Assembly: GCA_949297805.1 (NCBI GenBank)
Contig: CASFTG010000003.1
Span: 3,996 to 67,995, forward strand
Length of the DNA stretch: 64,000 nt
DNA from: an uncultured bacterium
Lineage (GTDB): Bacteria > Bacillota_I > Bacilli_A > RFN20 > CAG-826
Direction: 5' to 3'
Shown here: positions 28,401 through 38,500 of the stretch, piece by piece
Layout: the number at the start of each line of letters is the position of its first letter
Position numbering within the stretch: position 1 is the stretch's first letter
Made by a program: the position numbers and the translations under genes
Notes under the pieces: generated by a model
Databases searched by the model: none
The model's input: only the letters and a program-made list of their open reading frames with translations
What the model was told of the DNA's origin: nothing

Positions 28401-31276
28401 TATTGGTCTACTTGGCATTGAAGGAAGAAGTCGGCAAATCCTTTGAATATGGAGTATTGGAACTCGATGCCAGCGATCTTAAACGCCATCTAGAAAACTC
28501 CTGGAATTACGGGTTCTTTGCCAAGCGCAAAGCCATCAAGCAAACCAAAAAGGCTTTAAAGCCCTTTGCCAAATCCAAGATAAAAACCGGGGATTTGCAA
28601 CCAATTCTCGATAAACTCATCCTTCTCCGCCAAATGAAGGAGGATTTGGACAATCGGGCGGGGTATTGCACGATTATCTTCCCCGATGAGGATAAGAAGA
28701 CTTTGGTCGAGGCTCAGTTAGACCAGACCAAGATCAATAATAGTTTGGCCCTCTTAGATGCCATCCGCCATCTCGACGTCAGCGAGGATTCCGACTACAA
28801 GAAAGCCAACAAGGTCTTTGCTTCAATTATTCGTTCCCCTGACAAGCCATACGAAGAACGGATCGCCAACTTCCTTAATGGCGAAGCCGATCTAGTCAAA
28901 GCCAATAAAGAGTTGGAGGATATCCATTTTGACATCAATGCTGCGGATGATTCCGATGTCTATTACGCCTATGCCTTGACCCAGATCAAGAACTCCTATC
29001 AAGGGTTAGAGAGACTCGGTGAGTGGTGCAAGCTCTTATCTTGCTTAGATAAATCCGAGGCCGTCTTACCGAAGTCCTTAATCGATAATTACAAAGGCGG
29101 CAAGGTCAGCCTATCGAAGCTCCGTTCCTCCTTCGACTGCGCCCTCTTCTATCGGATCGTCTCCTTATCGCTTAGCGAACTGGGGCTTACTAACTTATCT
29201 TCTGCCGAGACCGAACAACAGATTGAGAAGTACAAGAAGGCTTTAGCTGCTTTCCAGCGGTTAACGGTTGAGGAGACGGCAAGAAGAATTACCGCCTCCT
29301 TCCCTCGGACTGATGTTGAATACGCCGAATCTTCTTTGGCTTATCAATTACGGAAACTCATCAAGACGGCGGGGCGGGGCAAGACCCTCCGTTCCATCAT
29401 CGACCAATATAGTGATGATATCTTTAGGCTATGCCCGATCTTCTTGATGTCGCCGTTATCGGTCGCCCAATATCTTGATCCGAACAAACATCATTTCGAT
29501 ATTGTTATCTTCGATGAGGCCTCGCAGATCCCGACTAGCGAAGCCATCGGGGCGATTGCTAGAGGCAACTCCTGCATCATCGCCGGCGATCAGCAGCAAA
29601 TGCCTCCGACCGACTTCTTCACCTCCTCCTTATCCTTCGCCGATCAGCCTAACGATGATGTCGTCGTCTACAGCGACCTCGAGTCCCTCCTCGATGACGC
29701 GATTGCTTTGAACCTTCCTCGTTATCGTTTGTCTTGGCATTATCGAAGCCATCATGAATCGCTGATTGCCTTTAGCAATAACCGATTCTATGACAATACC
29801 CTTTGCACTTTCCCCTCGCCTTCCAATCAGGAAAGCCAGGTTCACCTCGTTCGGGTCAATGGCCATTATGAGAAAGGACGAGGGGTTAATAGAGAAGAAG
29901 CCAAAGCCATCGTCAATGAGGTTATTAGACGTTGCAAGGACCCTGAACTCAGCAAGCTCTCAATCGGAATCGTCACCTTCAACAAGAAGCAGCAGGATCT
30001 CATCACCGATATGCTCGATTCGAAGTTTTTCTCGTCCACCAGCTTGAATAGAACTCCCGGCGGGGAAGAGATCTTCGTCAAGAACTTAGAGAACGTCCAG
30101 GGGGATGAAAGAGACGTCATCCTCTTCTCCGTTTGCTTCGGCCCGGATAAGAAGACGAAGAAGATGAATCTTAACTTCGGGCCCTTAAGCCGGGAAAAGG
30201 GAGAGAGACGGTTAAACGTCGCCGTATCAAGGGCTAAGGAGGAGATGGTCGTCTTCTGTTCGTGCCGGCCTGAGGACATCCGGGCCTACTCGGCCAAAAA
30301 CAGCGGCGCCGAGTTCCTCCGTTCCTTCCTCATCTATGCCGAATCGGGGGTCCGTTCCTTGGCCAATCAGTCGAGCTGGGATATTAAGCCCGAGGATTTA
30401 TCGATTGCTTCCTTCTTGGCCTCTGATTTGCTTCGTGATGGTTATCAAGTCGATATCAATGTCGGGGCCAGCGAGTTCAAGGTCGACATTGCCATCAAGG
30501 ATCCATTAGATCCTGACCGTTATGCTTTAGGGGTCTTAGTCGATGGGCCTAGTTATGCCTCGCCTTCTTATACCTGCGATGACCGGAATGTGGTGGCCCC
30601 GGGCGTCCTTAATAATCTTTCTTGGCGCTTAATGCGGGTTTGGTCGGTTGAGTACCTTGACCATCCGGGTTTAGTGGTTCGAAAGATTGAGAAGGAATTA
30701 AGCGCCCCTCGCTCCGCCACCGAGGTCAAGGAACAGGCGACCAAACCTGTCTCATTGGTTAAGGCGACTCCGGATAATCCCTATCCCCATAAGAAGGAAT
30801 ATCCGGCAGTTAACTATGCTCATTTAGTTAATATCATTCGCGATTTGCCGGGGGCGATTGCTGGGGTGTTAGCCAATGAATCACCCATCTCCATGACTCT
30901 TCTTAAGAAACGGGTCCGCGATATCTATTCCCTTAAGCGGGTTGACAACAAGATGCTGTATCGTATTCAGACGATCCTTAGACAACTTTCTGCTTATGGC
31001 GAAGAGTTCGATAATGAGATCTATTGGTGGGCCTCTTCCTTAGACCCTGAATCCTACGATGCTTATCGCGTTGGCGGTGACCGGGAGATTGGGGATGTAT
31101 CTAGACAAGAGATATTGTTAGCCAAAGATGACATCGAATTCTTGCAGGGTAAGATCAGCGATGAAGATTTATGCCATGAGATTTTAGAACTGCTCGGATT
31201 CAACGTTTTATCCGAAAGAAGCAAGACTCATATCGTTCGGGCGCTGAATGGGGATATTGGGGAGAAAGCCAATTAG
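25493..31276 (+). CDS. Large DUF4011 / SF1 (UPF1-like) helicase / Vsr-like nuclease / DUF3320 protein (Hhe-like candidate defence protein)
   Basis: 'WEENLLDL..NNL' and 'EESGCNPLFLTLG' (DUF4011), Walker A GPPGTGKSQT, 'FDEASQ', 'GDQQQMPP', 'HYRS', 'ENVQGDERD', 'RRLNVAVSRA', 'W.LMRVWS' Vsr-like. Confidence 0.85.
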   Translation: MPIDQLNNPTSSDKIYLDIESSKSICYVNYRAEKLIKIRRSSSKSNIFSFIKRISIKNFTDKDVYNAYLHFNFHSESIAIDDVPLSCLQAHKITTVDSFNLILDPKYLYDLSEVEALTVSISLIGEDNETIESKNIDIRLLPIAQSAGEDFVPESIASFITPNDDEVQELANKAAYIMEDKYQTSSFVGYQTHDPETVMHELDALYLALQQSGIHYSNPPASFEKTFQRVRMPKDVINDKTATCLDFSLLFASLCEAVGLNPLLIVLNDHAYNGVWLENLHYPNAIFDNLTVLSNDCSDTDRRMVLIDSTNAASGSDINFQASLSKAAALLNVGKFDYCLDVKTARLDYILPLPTPHTVNGKTEVNYDDTIGTEYDVPTVAPSSGSLSLESKGNKTKFDVWEENLLDLEMSNNLINHKIGASSVQLGADDVFDFYSRAKDIDKLSVIPDNDLKAEDLKHFLAFQFSIEDKKRFKGAFASKRVYAFNKKGETEDTLISLARKASTQIEESGCNPLFLTLGMVHWYDNNLSKQTIAAPIILIPASMPKRRSGPYFSLELDFDSAQVNAAAFEYFRRAFDMDFSELDGFFDTERSVDDLKKLFNTIREKIASKGNWMVDDTTVTLSLFSFAHFVMWNDMKTHRDLFIQNKVVASMVHGKEEYDTTPKELYENNLDDIIAPDDLAVPLSADSSQLLAIKASDIGLSFVLDGPPGTGKSQTIANIIVNAMYKGKKVLFVAEKEVALDVVKNRLDSLSLGRFCLQIHSAKANKKDVLAQLGESLATGQTRSVEGFNDEAKKLKDERDALNATLKEIHVKGNYFVSPYTALIKYLENESSKGNCEVSSDYAKAIDEKKYNEAISTIEDIVVLGHNVNGYYGSPFIYYGCRDYSLDLREQFQERLPSLIAALESFSAAYTSLSKKIGFGMKLSKNNANRLVYILNLIKADPKLFFPDLIEGGTILNETVNIKSYFDGLLVYLALKEEVGKSFEYGVLELDASDLKRHLENSWNYGFFAKRKAIKQTKKALKPFAKSKIKTGDLQPILDKLILLRQMKEDLDNRAGYCTIIFPDEDKKTLVEAQLDQTKINNSLALLDAIRHLDVSEDSDYKKANKVFASIIRSPDKPYEERIANFLNGEADLVKANKELEDIHFDINAADDSDVYYAYALTQIKNSYQGLERLGEWCKLLSCLDKSEAVLPKSLIDNYKGGKVSLSKLRSSFDCALFYRIVSLSLSELGLTNLSSAETEQQIEKYKKALAAFQRLTVEETARRITASFPRTDVEYAESSLAYQLRKLIKTAGRGKTLRSIIDQYSDDIFRLCPIFLMSPLSVAQYLDPNKHHFDIVIFDEASQIPTSEAIGAIARGNSCIIAGDQQQMPPTDFFTSSLSFADQPNDDVVVYSDLESLLDDAIALNLPRYRLSWHYRSHHESLIAFSNNRFYDNTLCTFPSPSNQESQVHLVRVNGHYEKGRGVNREEAKAIVNEVIRRCKDPELSKLSIGIVTFNKKQQDLITDMLDSKFFSSTSLNRTPGGEEIFVKNLENVQGDERDVILFSVCFGPDKKTKKMNLNFGPLSREKGERRLNVAVSRAKEEMVVFCSCRPEDIRAYSAKNSGAEFLRSFLIYAESGVRSLANQSSWDIKPEDLSIASFLASDLLRDGYQVDINVGASEFKVDIAIKDPLDPDRYALGVLVDGPSYASPSYTCDDRNVVAPGVLNNLSWRLMRVWSVEYLDHPGLVVRKIEKELSAPRSATEVKEQATKPVSLVKATPDNPYPHKKEYPAVNYAHLVNIIRDLPGAIAGVLANESPISMTLLKKRVRDIYSLKRVDNKMLYRIQTILRQLSAYGEEFDNEIYWWASSLDPESYDAYRVGGDREIGDVSRQEILLAKDDIEFLQGKISDEDLCHEILELLGFNVLSERSKTHIVRALNGDIGEKAN

Positions 31277-31283
31277 ATTGTGG

Positions 31284-32246
31284 TCAACGCTTAATTTTGC
31301 GAGCAAAAAAGAATCCTAATTTTGAGAAATGAAATGCCGCGCAGAATTTGATGATTTTTGAATCATTAATTGTTTGCTTGAGCATGGTATATTTGGTCAA
31401 ATCCTTATACATTTTATACAATTCGGCGGAAGTATCCTTATTAACGGACGTTTTCTCGTTAACCAAGCTGGTTATGTAGAGATAAAGCATATTCGCTATC
31501 GATCGCGAAAATTGTGCGCTTGTGCCGTTGCTGGTTTTTAAGGCATCTGGATAGCGACTAAAAACGGAATAAAGAACATGAATTAGATCATTTTTATGCT
31601 TTAGAACGCTAGCGGAGCTTACGCTTTGTTCGCTGTTCCCAAGCCGATACATGTAAACGGAAAAGGGAAGATAATAGAATTTTGTGGCATAAAGCAAGGG
31701 GAGACAAACGTATTCTTGGTCTTCGTAGAAGACTTTTTCCGATAAAGTTATACGGTTATTGTCGAAAAGGCTTTTTTTATACGTTATTGAGTGGATTGCC
31801 AAATTCACAGAACTAATATTTTCGATTGGCCCTTCAACTCCATGATTGTGGGTTTTAATGTACTTTGTTTCGTTTGGATAAACTTGACAGAAGTCATTAA
31901 CGATAACGTCGCAATCGGTATTTTTAAGAAACGCTACAAGCTTTGTCAAACCATCGGTATTAACCCAATCGTCTCCGTCCACTATTTTAAAATATTTACC
32001 GCGAGCCAATTTAATTCCGAAATTGATAACCGAACCATGTCCTCCATTGCTTTTGTGAATTGCCTTGAAAAGCCTGGGATTCTTCGTTTCGTATTCCTTT
32101 GCCTTATTCAGGGAATCATCAGGCGACCCGTCATCAATTAACAAAACCTCAATATCCTCGATGCCGATGAATGTTGGCAAGCAGCTATCCATGAACATAG
32201 CGGTTTTATAGGACGGCACGATGATAGATAGTATTGGTTTGTCCAT
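31284..32246 (-). CDS. Glycosyltransferase family 2
   Basis: 'LSIIVPSY', 'IDDGSPD', 'NGGHG', 'VDGDD'. Confidence 0.92.
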   Translation of the reverse strand: MDKPILSIIVPSYKTAMFMDSCLPTFIGIEDIEVLLIDDGSPDDSLNKAKEYETKNPRLFKAIHKSNGGHGSVINFGIKLARGKYFKIVDGDDWVNTDGLTKLVAFLKNTDCDVIVNDFCQVYPNETKYIKTHNHGVEGPIENISSVNLAIHSITYKKSLFDNNRITLSEKVFYEDQEYVCLPLLYATKFYYLPFSVYMYRLGNSEQSVSSASVLKHKNDLIHVLYSVFSRYPDALKTSNGTSAQFSRSIANMLYLYITSLVNEKTSVNKDTSAELYKMYKDLTKYTMLKQTINDSKIIKFCAAFHFSKLGFFFARKIKR

Positions 32247-32337
32247 TGCGAATCCTCCTCATAGATTCATGACTCATTTTGAACGCCCGGCTTAAGATTT
32301 GCCAGTTTTCAGAAGCCGATTGATAAAAGATGCCTTT

Positions 32338-33399
32338 TTAATTTTCAAATAGATCCAAGTATTTTTGAGCCATCATACGGCTGGAAAAAGATTCGGAATA
32401 TCTCCGAATATTTTCCAAGTTTGGGGCAATATAATTGGTATAGGCTCTCTCTAAATCATCGCAAAGAGTTGATGCTGATGAAATGTCTACCAAATGGCAG
32501 ATTGGATCGTTAACGAATAGTTGTAAATGTCCAGAGGTATAAGGAGAAACAATGTTGCACCCACCCAAGGCTGCTTCCAAGTAAGTCATTCCTAAGGGCT
32601 CAAGGGAATTCAACGAGACAAAGAATTTGGCGTCTTTGTATATCTTTGAAACTTGGTCATGTGGAATCCCTCCTAAATATTCAATATTGTTATGTACAAA
32701 TTTTCCATTTCCTTCGAAGAAAGGCTGTAGTTCGCCGGCTCCTGCGACGGCCAATTTAAGATCGGGATATCTCTGAATTAATTTTAAGAAGGCGTCGCAA
32801 AGTAATTCGACGTTTTTGTCCCGATATAATCGGCCGACATATAGGAAATCGTATTGGCGTGGTTTGTTGGTTTCGTTCTCTTTCAAAGCGAACTCATCAA
32901 TGTCGGCAAGTCCATTTGGTATCACGGCATCAGCTTTGATGTTATAGATTTTGGAGTTAATGGCTTGGGACAAATAGGAAACAGTGACTGTTTTGTCGAA
33001 ATGTTTTGCCGAATAACGGGCTACCAAATTTACAAAGAAGGAATGAAGCCGTCCATTGGTTGGGCAAGCCATTCCATGGAGAACCGAAACAAATTTAGAT
33101 TTTGGGGAAGCCTTTTTGTACCGCTTTATTCCTATGTTGTATTGCAAAGAGGAAACGACGATGTCCGGTGATTCCCGTTTGATTACTTTGGCGATTTTGC
33201 CAATCTTTCCGATAATATGAAACGTATTATATTTATGTGCCTTTACAACAATATTATTTAATTTTGATGATTTGGCTAGTGAGACCATATTGGCATTGCA
33301 GCCTAATTCATTTAGCCCGTTGGTCAAGCTTTCCGAGATGGTCGCTACACCGCCAGACAGTTTGTCGTTCAGAACGGGGCCTAGTATGAGTACTTTCAT
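32338..33399 (-). CDS. Glycosyltransferase family 4
   Basis: 'YVGRLYRDKN' and 'EPLGMTYLEA'. Confidence 0.9.
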   Translation of the reverse strand: MKVLILGPVLNDKLSGGVATISESLTNGLNELGCNANMVSLAKSSKLNNIVVKAHKYNTFHIIGKIGKIAKVIKRESPDIVVSSLQYNIGIKRYKKASPKSKFVSVLHGMACPTNGRLHSFFVNLVARYSAKHFDKTVTVSYLSQAINSKIYNIKADAVIPNGLADIDEFALKENETNKPRQYDFLYVGRLYRDKNVELLCDAFLKLIQRYPDLKLAVAGAGELQPFFEGNGKFVHNNIEYLGGIPHDQVSKIYKDAKFFVSLNSLEPLGMTYLEAALGGCNIVSPYTSGHLQLFVNDPICHLVDISSASTLCDDLERAYTNYIAPNLENIRRYSESFSSRMMAQKYLDLFEN

Positions 33400-33427
33400 T
33401 GTGTTTTACAGCGTTTAATTATGATAA

Positions 33428-34780
33428 GTGATTGTATACAATTCGTTTATAGAGTTAAATTCTTTCCTGTATTGTTCTATGGGTAATAATCAATCATTAG
33501 CTGAGTATAATGGCGTCATTCTCGAGAAACGAAGTTTTATGGGCAAACTTTGGGCTTTCTTTAAAAAATCTTGGTTTTACCGGGCGATTGAATTGGTTTT
33601 AGCCTTCGCTTCCATTTTTGCCTCACCACTTATTTCTTATGCGCTGCCGTCAAATAATGTTCCGTCGATAGTTAATCTGATTTCCGAGAATCAGAAAACT
33701 TATGGCGATTATCCGGTGGGGACGGTAAAACTTCTTCAGTCTGACCTTTATTATTATCGTTTTGATGACCTGCCTATGGCCTCAATGTTGCGTTTATACG
33801 GTGCCAATCCGGATGTCGCCGCCTTTAAAATTTACCAGAACGAGAAATTTAAGATTACCGATACCGAAACCGGTCTTGCGATGTCGTCCTCTTTCGTAAG
33901 CACTACTGTTGTAAAAAGCGACGATACCTATTCGAAGGTTTTCTTCCCTCTAGACGAAGAGGGGGGGAATTCGTGGTCATTAGCCAGTGACTGGACTTTT
34001 TATCCTGAGGGCTTGGAAATTGGAATTCCCGTTAACTTTGCCGATTCTTTGCTCGATAAATTGTCGCTCCCGGCTGGTGATTATGATTCGCTTTTGGGCA
34101 GGGAGATTCGATTAGACGGCAATAAGAGTTTCCCTGATCAGATCTATTCAATTGCCTGCGTCTTTGATGCCTTTGATCCATCTTTTTCTAAACTTCCCGG
34201 ATTCTTGGGGAACTACTGTTTGATTCGTTTTGAAAATCCTTTATACATGCCTGTTGAACTTTATTTCGAATGTTTCGATGACTCCAACGGGGCCTTGAGC
34301 GATTTCCTCAATTCCTTGAACACCTTCTTCCCGGATAGCACGACTAGGCAAGAACACTACCTGTCTTTTCATTATCAAGTTGATGGCGAATATATTGTCG
34401 ATGAAGGCGACGAAACTTTTTTGTCATCGATGTATGCCCTCCGCGATCCGATGAATATGGTCCCCATGATCGTTTTGGGAACCTTCATCGTTTTAGCGCT
34501 GCTTTTCGGATTCCTTTTGGTGTTTTGGCTGGAAATGCGATCTTTGTCTTACGCCGAAAAAGCAATGGCGGCTAAATTTGCTTTCGTTTCATTTGTATTT
34601 GGCTTTATTTTGTCTTGTTTCGCGTGGCTTGTTTTCGGTGGCTTCGAATTCGCTAATGGCTACGTTGTTCCGATATTTACGACGGTGAATTTGGCCGTGA
34701 TTTTTACGGCGCTGATTGTTTTTCTTGCCTTTGCCTTTGTTTCTTATAAGCTTTCGGTTAAGCAAACATCAAATATTTAG
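33428..34780 (+). CDS. Membrane protein, 1 TM + extracytoplasmic domain + 3 TM (MacB/FtsX-like topology); start uncertain
   Basis: Hydrophobicity pattern; 'EIGIPVNFADSLL..LLGREIRL' resembles the MacB periplasmic core. Confidence 0.55.
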   Translation: MIVYNSFIELNSFLYCSMGNNQSLAEYNGVILEKRSFMGKLWAFFKKSWFYRAIELVLAFASIFASPLISYALPSNNVPSIVNLISENQKTYGDYPVGTVKLLQSDLYYYRFDDLPMASMLRLYGANPDVAAFKIYQNEKFKITDTETGLAMSSSFVSTTVVKSDDTYSKVFFPLDEEGGNSWSLASDWTFYPEGLEIGIPVNFADSLLDKLSLPAGDYDSLLGREIRLDGNKSFPDQIYSIACVFDAFDPSFSKLPGFLGNYCLIRFENPLYMPVELYFECFDDSNGALSDFLNSLNTFFPDSTTRQEHYLSFHYQVDGEYIVDEGDETFLSSMYALRDPMNMVPMIVLGTFIVLALLFGFLLVFWLEMRSLSYAEKAMAAKFAFVSFVFGFILSCFAWLVFGGFEFANGYVVPIFTTVNLAVIFTALIVFLAFAFVSYKLSVKQTSNI

Positions 34781-36223
34781 GCTTCTTTCCTTCAGGACCC
34801 AAGTTGCTTGTAGACGGTTGCCAATTGTTTTCGGTTCGTAATCTTGCCGTGCCATAGATATTGTTAAAATGATGATCATCTGAACTTCCAGATTAGCAGT
34901 TACGGTAAGCCCAAAGCTGAAGATGATGAACAGAACCAAAGGAAAGTAAAGCCATTTGAATTGTGATTTCGGCTTATTTTTTGGGCGAGCTAGCATCAAG
35001 ATCATCATGTATATATACAAGAATGTACCGATTATTCCTAACTCCCAAACATAGTTGATTATTGCGTTGTGGGCAACGGTTAAGCCATCCGGCCGCGCAT
35101 AGTACATTGACCTTACGCCTTGACCAAATATCATCTTGGCGGGATTGGCGCATAATATTCGCAGATAGTCGGCCCAGATGCTAACTCGGCCAGTCGTAAT
35201 TGTGTCCCAAAATGACTCATCGACCATGTTTGGTGACAAAAACCTGCTTAGGATGGCCGCGACTGGCCCGATTCCTAATATTGCCAATGATACGCTCACC
35301 AGTCCACAGACGGCAAAGACGGTGGCGAAGGCTAGGGTTGGGCGATAATAGGCGGTTTTTATGAATAACATGAATATTAATAAGGCAACGCAAATAAGAT
35401 AGCTTTTCGATTGAGTTAAGGCCGTTAATAACATAATCGCCAACGTTGTGCTAAGTACAATGGTGATTTGCTTTTTGTTTGAGAACTTATAGCCAAAAAA
35501 GACGAATGACGTGATGATTATTGTTATCATTGATAACTCATTGGGGTCAGCACAGAATCCATAGAATCTATCTTTCAAAATAACGAAATCTCCGTCTTTT
35601 GGGGCGACATAGTAGACATCGAACTTCGGCCTTAATGGATCAACCATCAAGAACCCGAGTGCAATAAATAACGAAGCTAAGTGGATTAGTGTCAGGTAGT
35701 TTAAAGTCGCATTTAACGATTTGTTGGAATTTTTGTCAACCACGGCGAATATTGGCAGGGCCGAGTATAAACAAAAAGAAACGGCGGTAACTATGTTTTG
35801 GAGCCCGCTATTAACGATAGTTATTAAGAAGGCGTAGATAACAAAAATAAGATAGATGGCAACTAATTTGAAATTTGATTGTAGCATCGCAACGATATCT
35901 TGTTTTCTGGTATATTGGAATGCCACCCGTGCTAAATAGACTAAAAACAAAGTTGAGGTCAACGTTAGTGGCAATGATTCGGGAGTTATAAGCAGCGGGG
36001 AAGGCACGAATGTGCAAAGAATCAAAATCAGGTTATTTTTTCCTGAAGATAGCAGGATATACAAAACAAACAACGCAAAATTAATTAGAGACAGTACTGG
36101 CTTTTGTAGATAAATGGTCAAACATCCGATGGCAAAGGCTAAGACAATTAACGTCGGCATAACGAATTTTCTGTCCAACGTTTTGTTTATAGGCTTTTTA
36201 ATGTTTGACAATATATTGCCCAT
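34769..36223 (-). CDS. wzy: Wzy / O-antigen ligase-family polymerase
   Basis: About 12 TM; 'DPNE', 'TQSKS', 'TTGRVSIW', 'AHN..WELGIIG'. Confidence 0.8.
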   Translation of the reverse strand: MGNILSNIKKPINKTLDRKFVMPTLIVLAFAIGCLTIYLQKPVLSLINFALFVLYILLSSGKNNLILILCTFVPSPLLITPESLPLTLTSTLFLVYLARVAFQYTRKQDIVAMLQSNFKLVAIYLIFVIYAFLITIVNSGLQNIVTAVSFCLYSALPIFAVVDKNSNKSLNATLNYLTLIHLASLFIALGFLMVDPLRPKFDVYYVAPKDGDFVILKDRFYGFCADPNELSMITIIITSFVFFGYKFSNKKQITIVLSTTLAIMLLTALTQSKSYLICVALLIFMLFIKTAYYRPTLAFATVFAVCGLVSVSLAILGIGPVAAILSRFLSPNMVDESFWDTITTGRVSIWADYLRILCANPAKMIFGQGVRSMYYARPDGLTVAHNAIINYVWELGIIGTFLYIYMMILMLARPKNKPKSQFKWLYFPLVLFIIFSFGLTVTANLEVQMIIILTISMARQDYEPKTIGNRLQATWVLKERSLNI

Positions 36224-36335
36224 TTGCTCGAGTTTAAGTTTCTAGTATGTAAGCGAAAATCATCGCCTTCGAAATTCTATTTCATTTGGTTTTCTAAATA
36301 AATGATAATTAGCCTTGTCCGAGGGAGGGCTTGAT

Positions 36336-37250
36336 ATGAAAAATGTATTGGTTACCGGCGCCGACGGGTTCGTTGGCAGCGCCTTGGTTAAGTCTTTATT
36401 GGATCACGGGTATTTTGTTTATGGTCTTGATTTGCTAGACACACCTAAAAGGCTGGATTTAAATAGTGTAAATTTCAAATATCTAAAGGCTGATCTTGCT
36501 TTCGATGATGTGTTCGCTAAGTTTTCTCTTCATGATATTGATACTGTTTATCACTTTGCTTGGAGAGGGTCGGCGGGCGACGAGAGGAAAAGCCCCGATA
36601 TTCAACTTCAGAACGCTCTTGTTTCGGCCGATTTTATGAAAAAATGCCAAGCTAATGGAGTAACTCGCTTCATTATGGCTGGCAGCATCATGGAGTTCGA
36701 AACCCATTCGGCAACCTACGACGATAGTTTGAATTCTTCATTGCCCTATATCTATGGAGCAGGAAAGTCAATCGCTCACGAAATTATGAAGCCAATTGCT
36801 AAGTCCATCGGGATTGGTTTGATTTGGACGTACATTACTAACGCTTATGGGGTGGGAGAGAAATCGCCTAGATTCATCAATTCGACGATAATAAAGTTAC
36901 TACGGGGCGAATCGTGTGAATTTACTTCTGGCACCCAGCTTTATGATTTCCTGTACATAGATGATGTAGCTAACGCTTTTAAATTGATTGGAGAGTTTGG
37001 CAAGACAGGTAATTCTTACATGATTGGTTCTGGGCATGCGAAGCCTTTAAGGGAGTTTATTTCGGATATATTTGAAACTATAGACCCTGGGTCGCGCCCG
37101 CAGTTTGGAGGATTGAAATATGCAGGGCCGATGCTGCCAATTGAAGTGTACAGCATTGCTCGTTTGGCCGAAGACTGTGGGTTTAAGCCGAAGGTTTCCT
37201 TTAAGGAAGGCATATTGAGAACTGCCTCTTGGTTAAAGGAGAATATATAA
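36336..37250 (+). CDS. NAD-dependent epimerase/reductase (extended SDR), probable CDP-4-keto-sugar reductase
   Basis: 'VTGADGFVG', 'HFAW', 'YGAGK' (YxxxK); SD GGGAGG before ATG 36336. Confidence 0.85.
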   Translation: MKNVLVTGADGFVGSALVKSLLDHGYFVYGLDLLDTPKRLDLNSVNFKYLKADLAFDDVFAKFSLHDIDTVYHFAWRGSAGDERKSPDIQLQNALVSADFMKKCQANGVTRFIMAGSIMEFETHSATYDDSLNSSLPYIYGAGKSIAHEIMKPIAKSIGIGLIWTYITNAYGVGEKSPRFINSTIIKLLRGESCEFTSGTQLYDFLYIDDVANAFKLIGEFGKTGNSYMIGSGHAKPLREFISDIFETIDPGSRPQFGGLKYAGPMLPIEVYSIARLAEDCGFKPKVSFKEGILRTASWLKENI

Positions 37251-37253
37251 AGA

Positions 37254-38306
37254 ATGAAAATTGTATATTTAGCTTCGATTGCAACGAAAAGGCAGCATTT
37301 TGACGGAGAACGCAACAAATCCTTGGATGTCCTTAAGGCTTTGAAAACTAAATATAAGCGCGTTAAATCATTCAATCTTGGCAATCGATATCTTCAGCCT
37401 TTCGTTATGGCCTTGTGGTTTTTGTGGATCATTTTTTGGAAACCGGATTGCGTTTTTATTGCGAAATCTCCTTCTGGCGCTGGCAGAGCTTTGGCTTATC
37501 TTAGGCGGCTAAAGTTTGATATGCGAAAAGTTGTTATCTATTCTTATGGCCTTGGCATTGACGGTGGCTTTCAGCGGTACATTAAAGACACCAGCATATT
37601 TAAAGAGGCCGGATTGATTATTGCGGAAAACACATACTCACGCGAAAGTTTTGAAAAGCACGGATGTGAGAGGCTTGCTACATTCCCGTGCCTGAAACCG
37701 TCGTATACTTTGCCCGCTGATGGGCCTTTTTGCCAAAAGAAAACTTTGAAATCTTTGTTTTTTGCTCGGCTCACGGAAGATAAAGGATTGTTTATTGCCA
37801 TTGAATCGGTTATTGAAGTTAATGAGCGTGCGGGTTTTGAAAAGTTTACTTTGGATATAGCCGGAAAGCCCAAAGACAAGGAGACCGAAGATAAAATCAA
37901 ATCCTTTTCTAATAAATATGGCTACATTCGTTATCTTGGGACTTCATTCACCATTACCGGGAGAGAATCGTATTTACGTCTCATGACTTATGATCTGAAT
38001 ATTTTCCCCAGCTACTACGAGCACGAATGCGCGCCCGGTTCGGTCGTGGACATGTTTATTGCCGGCGTTCCGACATTAAGTTCTGATTTCGATGGAAGTC
38101 ACATCATGTTAGGCGACGATTGCGCTTATTTCGCTCCTCAACGCGATTTAGATGCAAATATTCGGGCTTTGGAAACCATTTATGATCATCAAGAGGAATT
38201 GTATTCAAAGCGAGAATCCTGTCGGAAAAGAGCCCCTATATATTCATATGAGGAATTTCTAAAAGTTTTCGATTCGGCGGTGTCGAAAATAGACAGCAAA
38301 GATTAG
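37254..38306 (+). CDS. Glycosyltransferase family 4-like
   Basis: 'FFARLTEDKG' and 'FPSYYEHECAPGSVVD'. Confidence 0.8.
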   Translation: MKIVYLASIATKRQHFDGERNKSLDVLKALKTKYKRVKSFNLGNRYLQPFVMALWFLWIIFWKPDCVFIAKSPSGAGRALAYLRRLKFDMRKVVIYSYGLGIDGGFQRYIKDTSIFKEAGLIIAENTYSRESFEKHGCERLATFPCLKPSYTLPADGPFCQKKTLKSLFFARLTEDKGLFIAIESVIEVNERAGFEKFTLDIAGKPKDKETEDKIKSFSNKYGYIRYLGTSFTITGRESYLRLMTYDLNIFPSYYEHECAPGSVVDMFIAGVPTLSSDFDGSHIMLGDDCAYFAPQRDLDANIRALETIYDHQEELYSKRESCRKRAPIYSYEEFLKVFDSAVSKIDSKD

Positions 38307-38456
38307 AAACCTGATTTTGGCCTCCGTATTATTTGCTGGTCGGCAAAGTGGTAAGGCTTTATTACTCCGATACGGCAATAGAAAACAAGAGCATTTAATG
38401 ATGGCTAAGGTTTTTCGCCCCCATATTCATAAGAAAGTAACTTTATGGTTGATTAA

Positions 38457-38485
38457 TTGACGCGGTAATCACACTTGTGTACGAT
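38457..38485 (+). promoter_or_regulatory. SigA-type promoter for the priming sugar transferase
   Basis: TTGACG-17 nt-TACGAT. Confidence 0.65.
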
Positions 38486-38500
38486 AGCCACGGTTTGCTT

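Noticed and set aside
18008..38450. Invertible (shufflon-like) polysaccharide cassettes
   Set aside because: No inverted repeats found at the strand-switch junctions and no recombinase in the window
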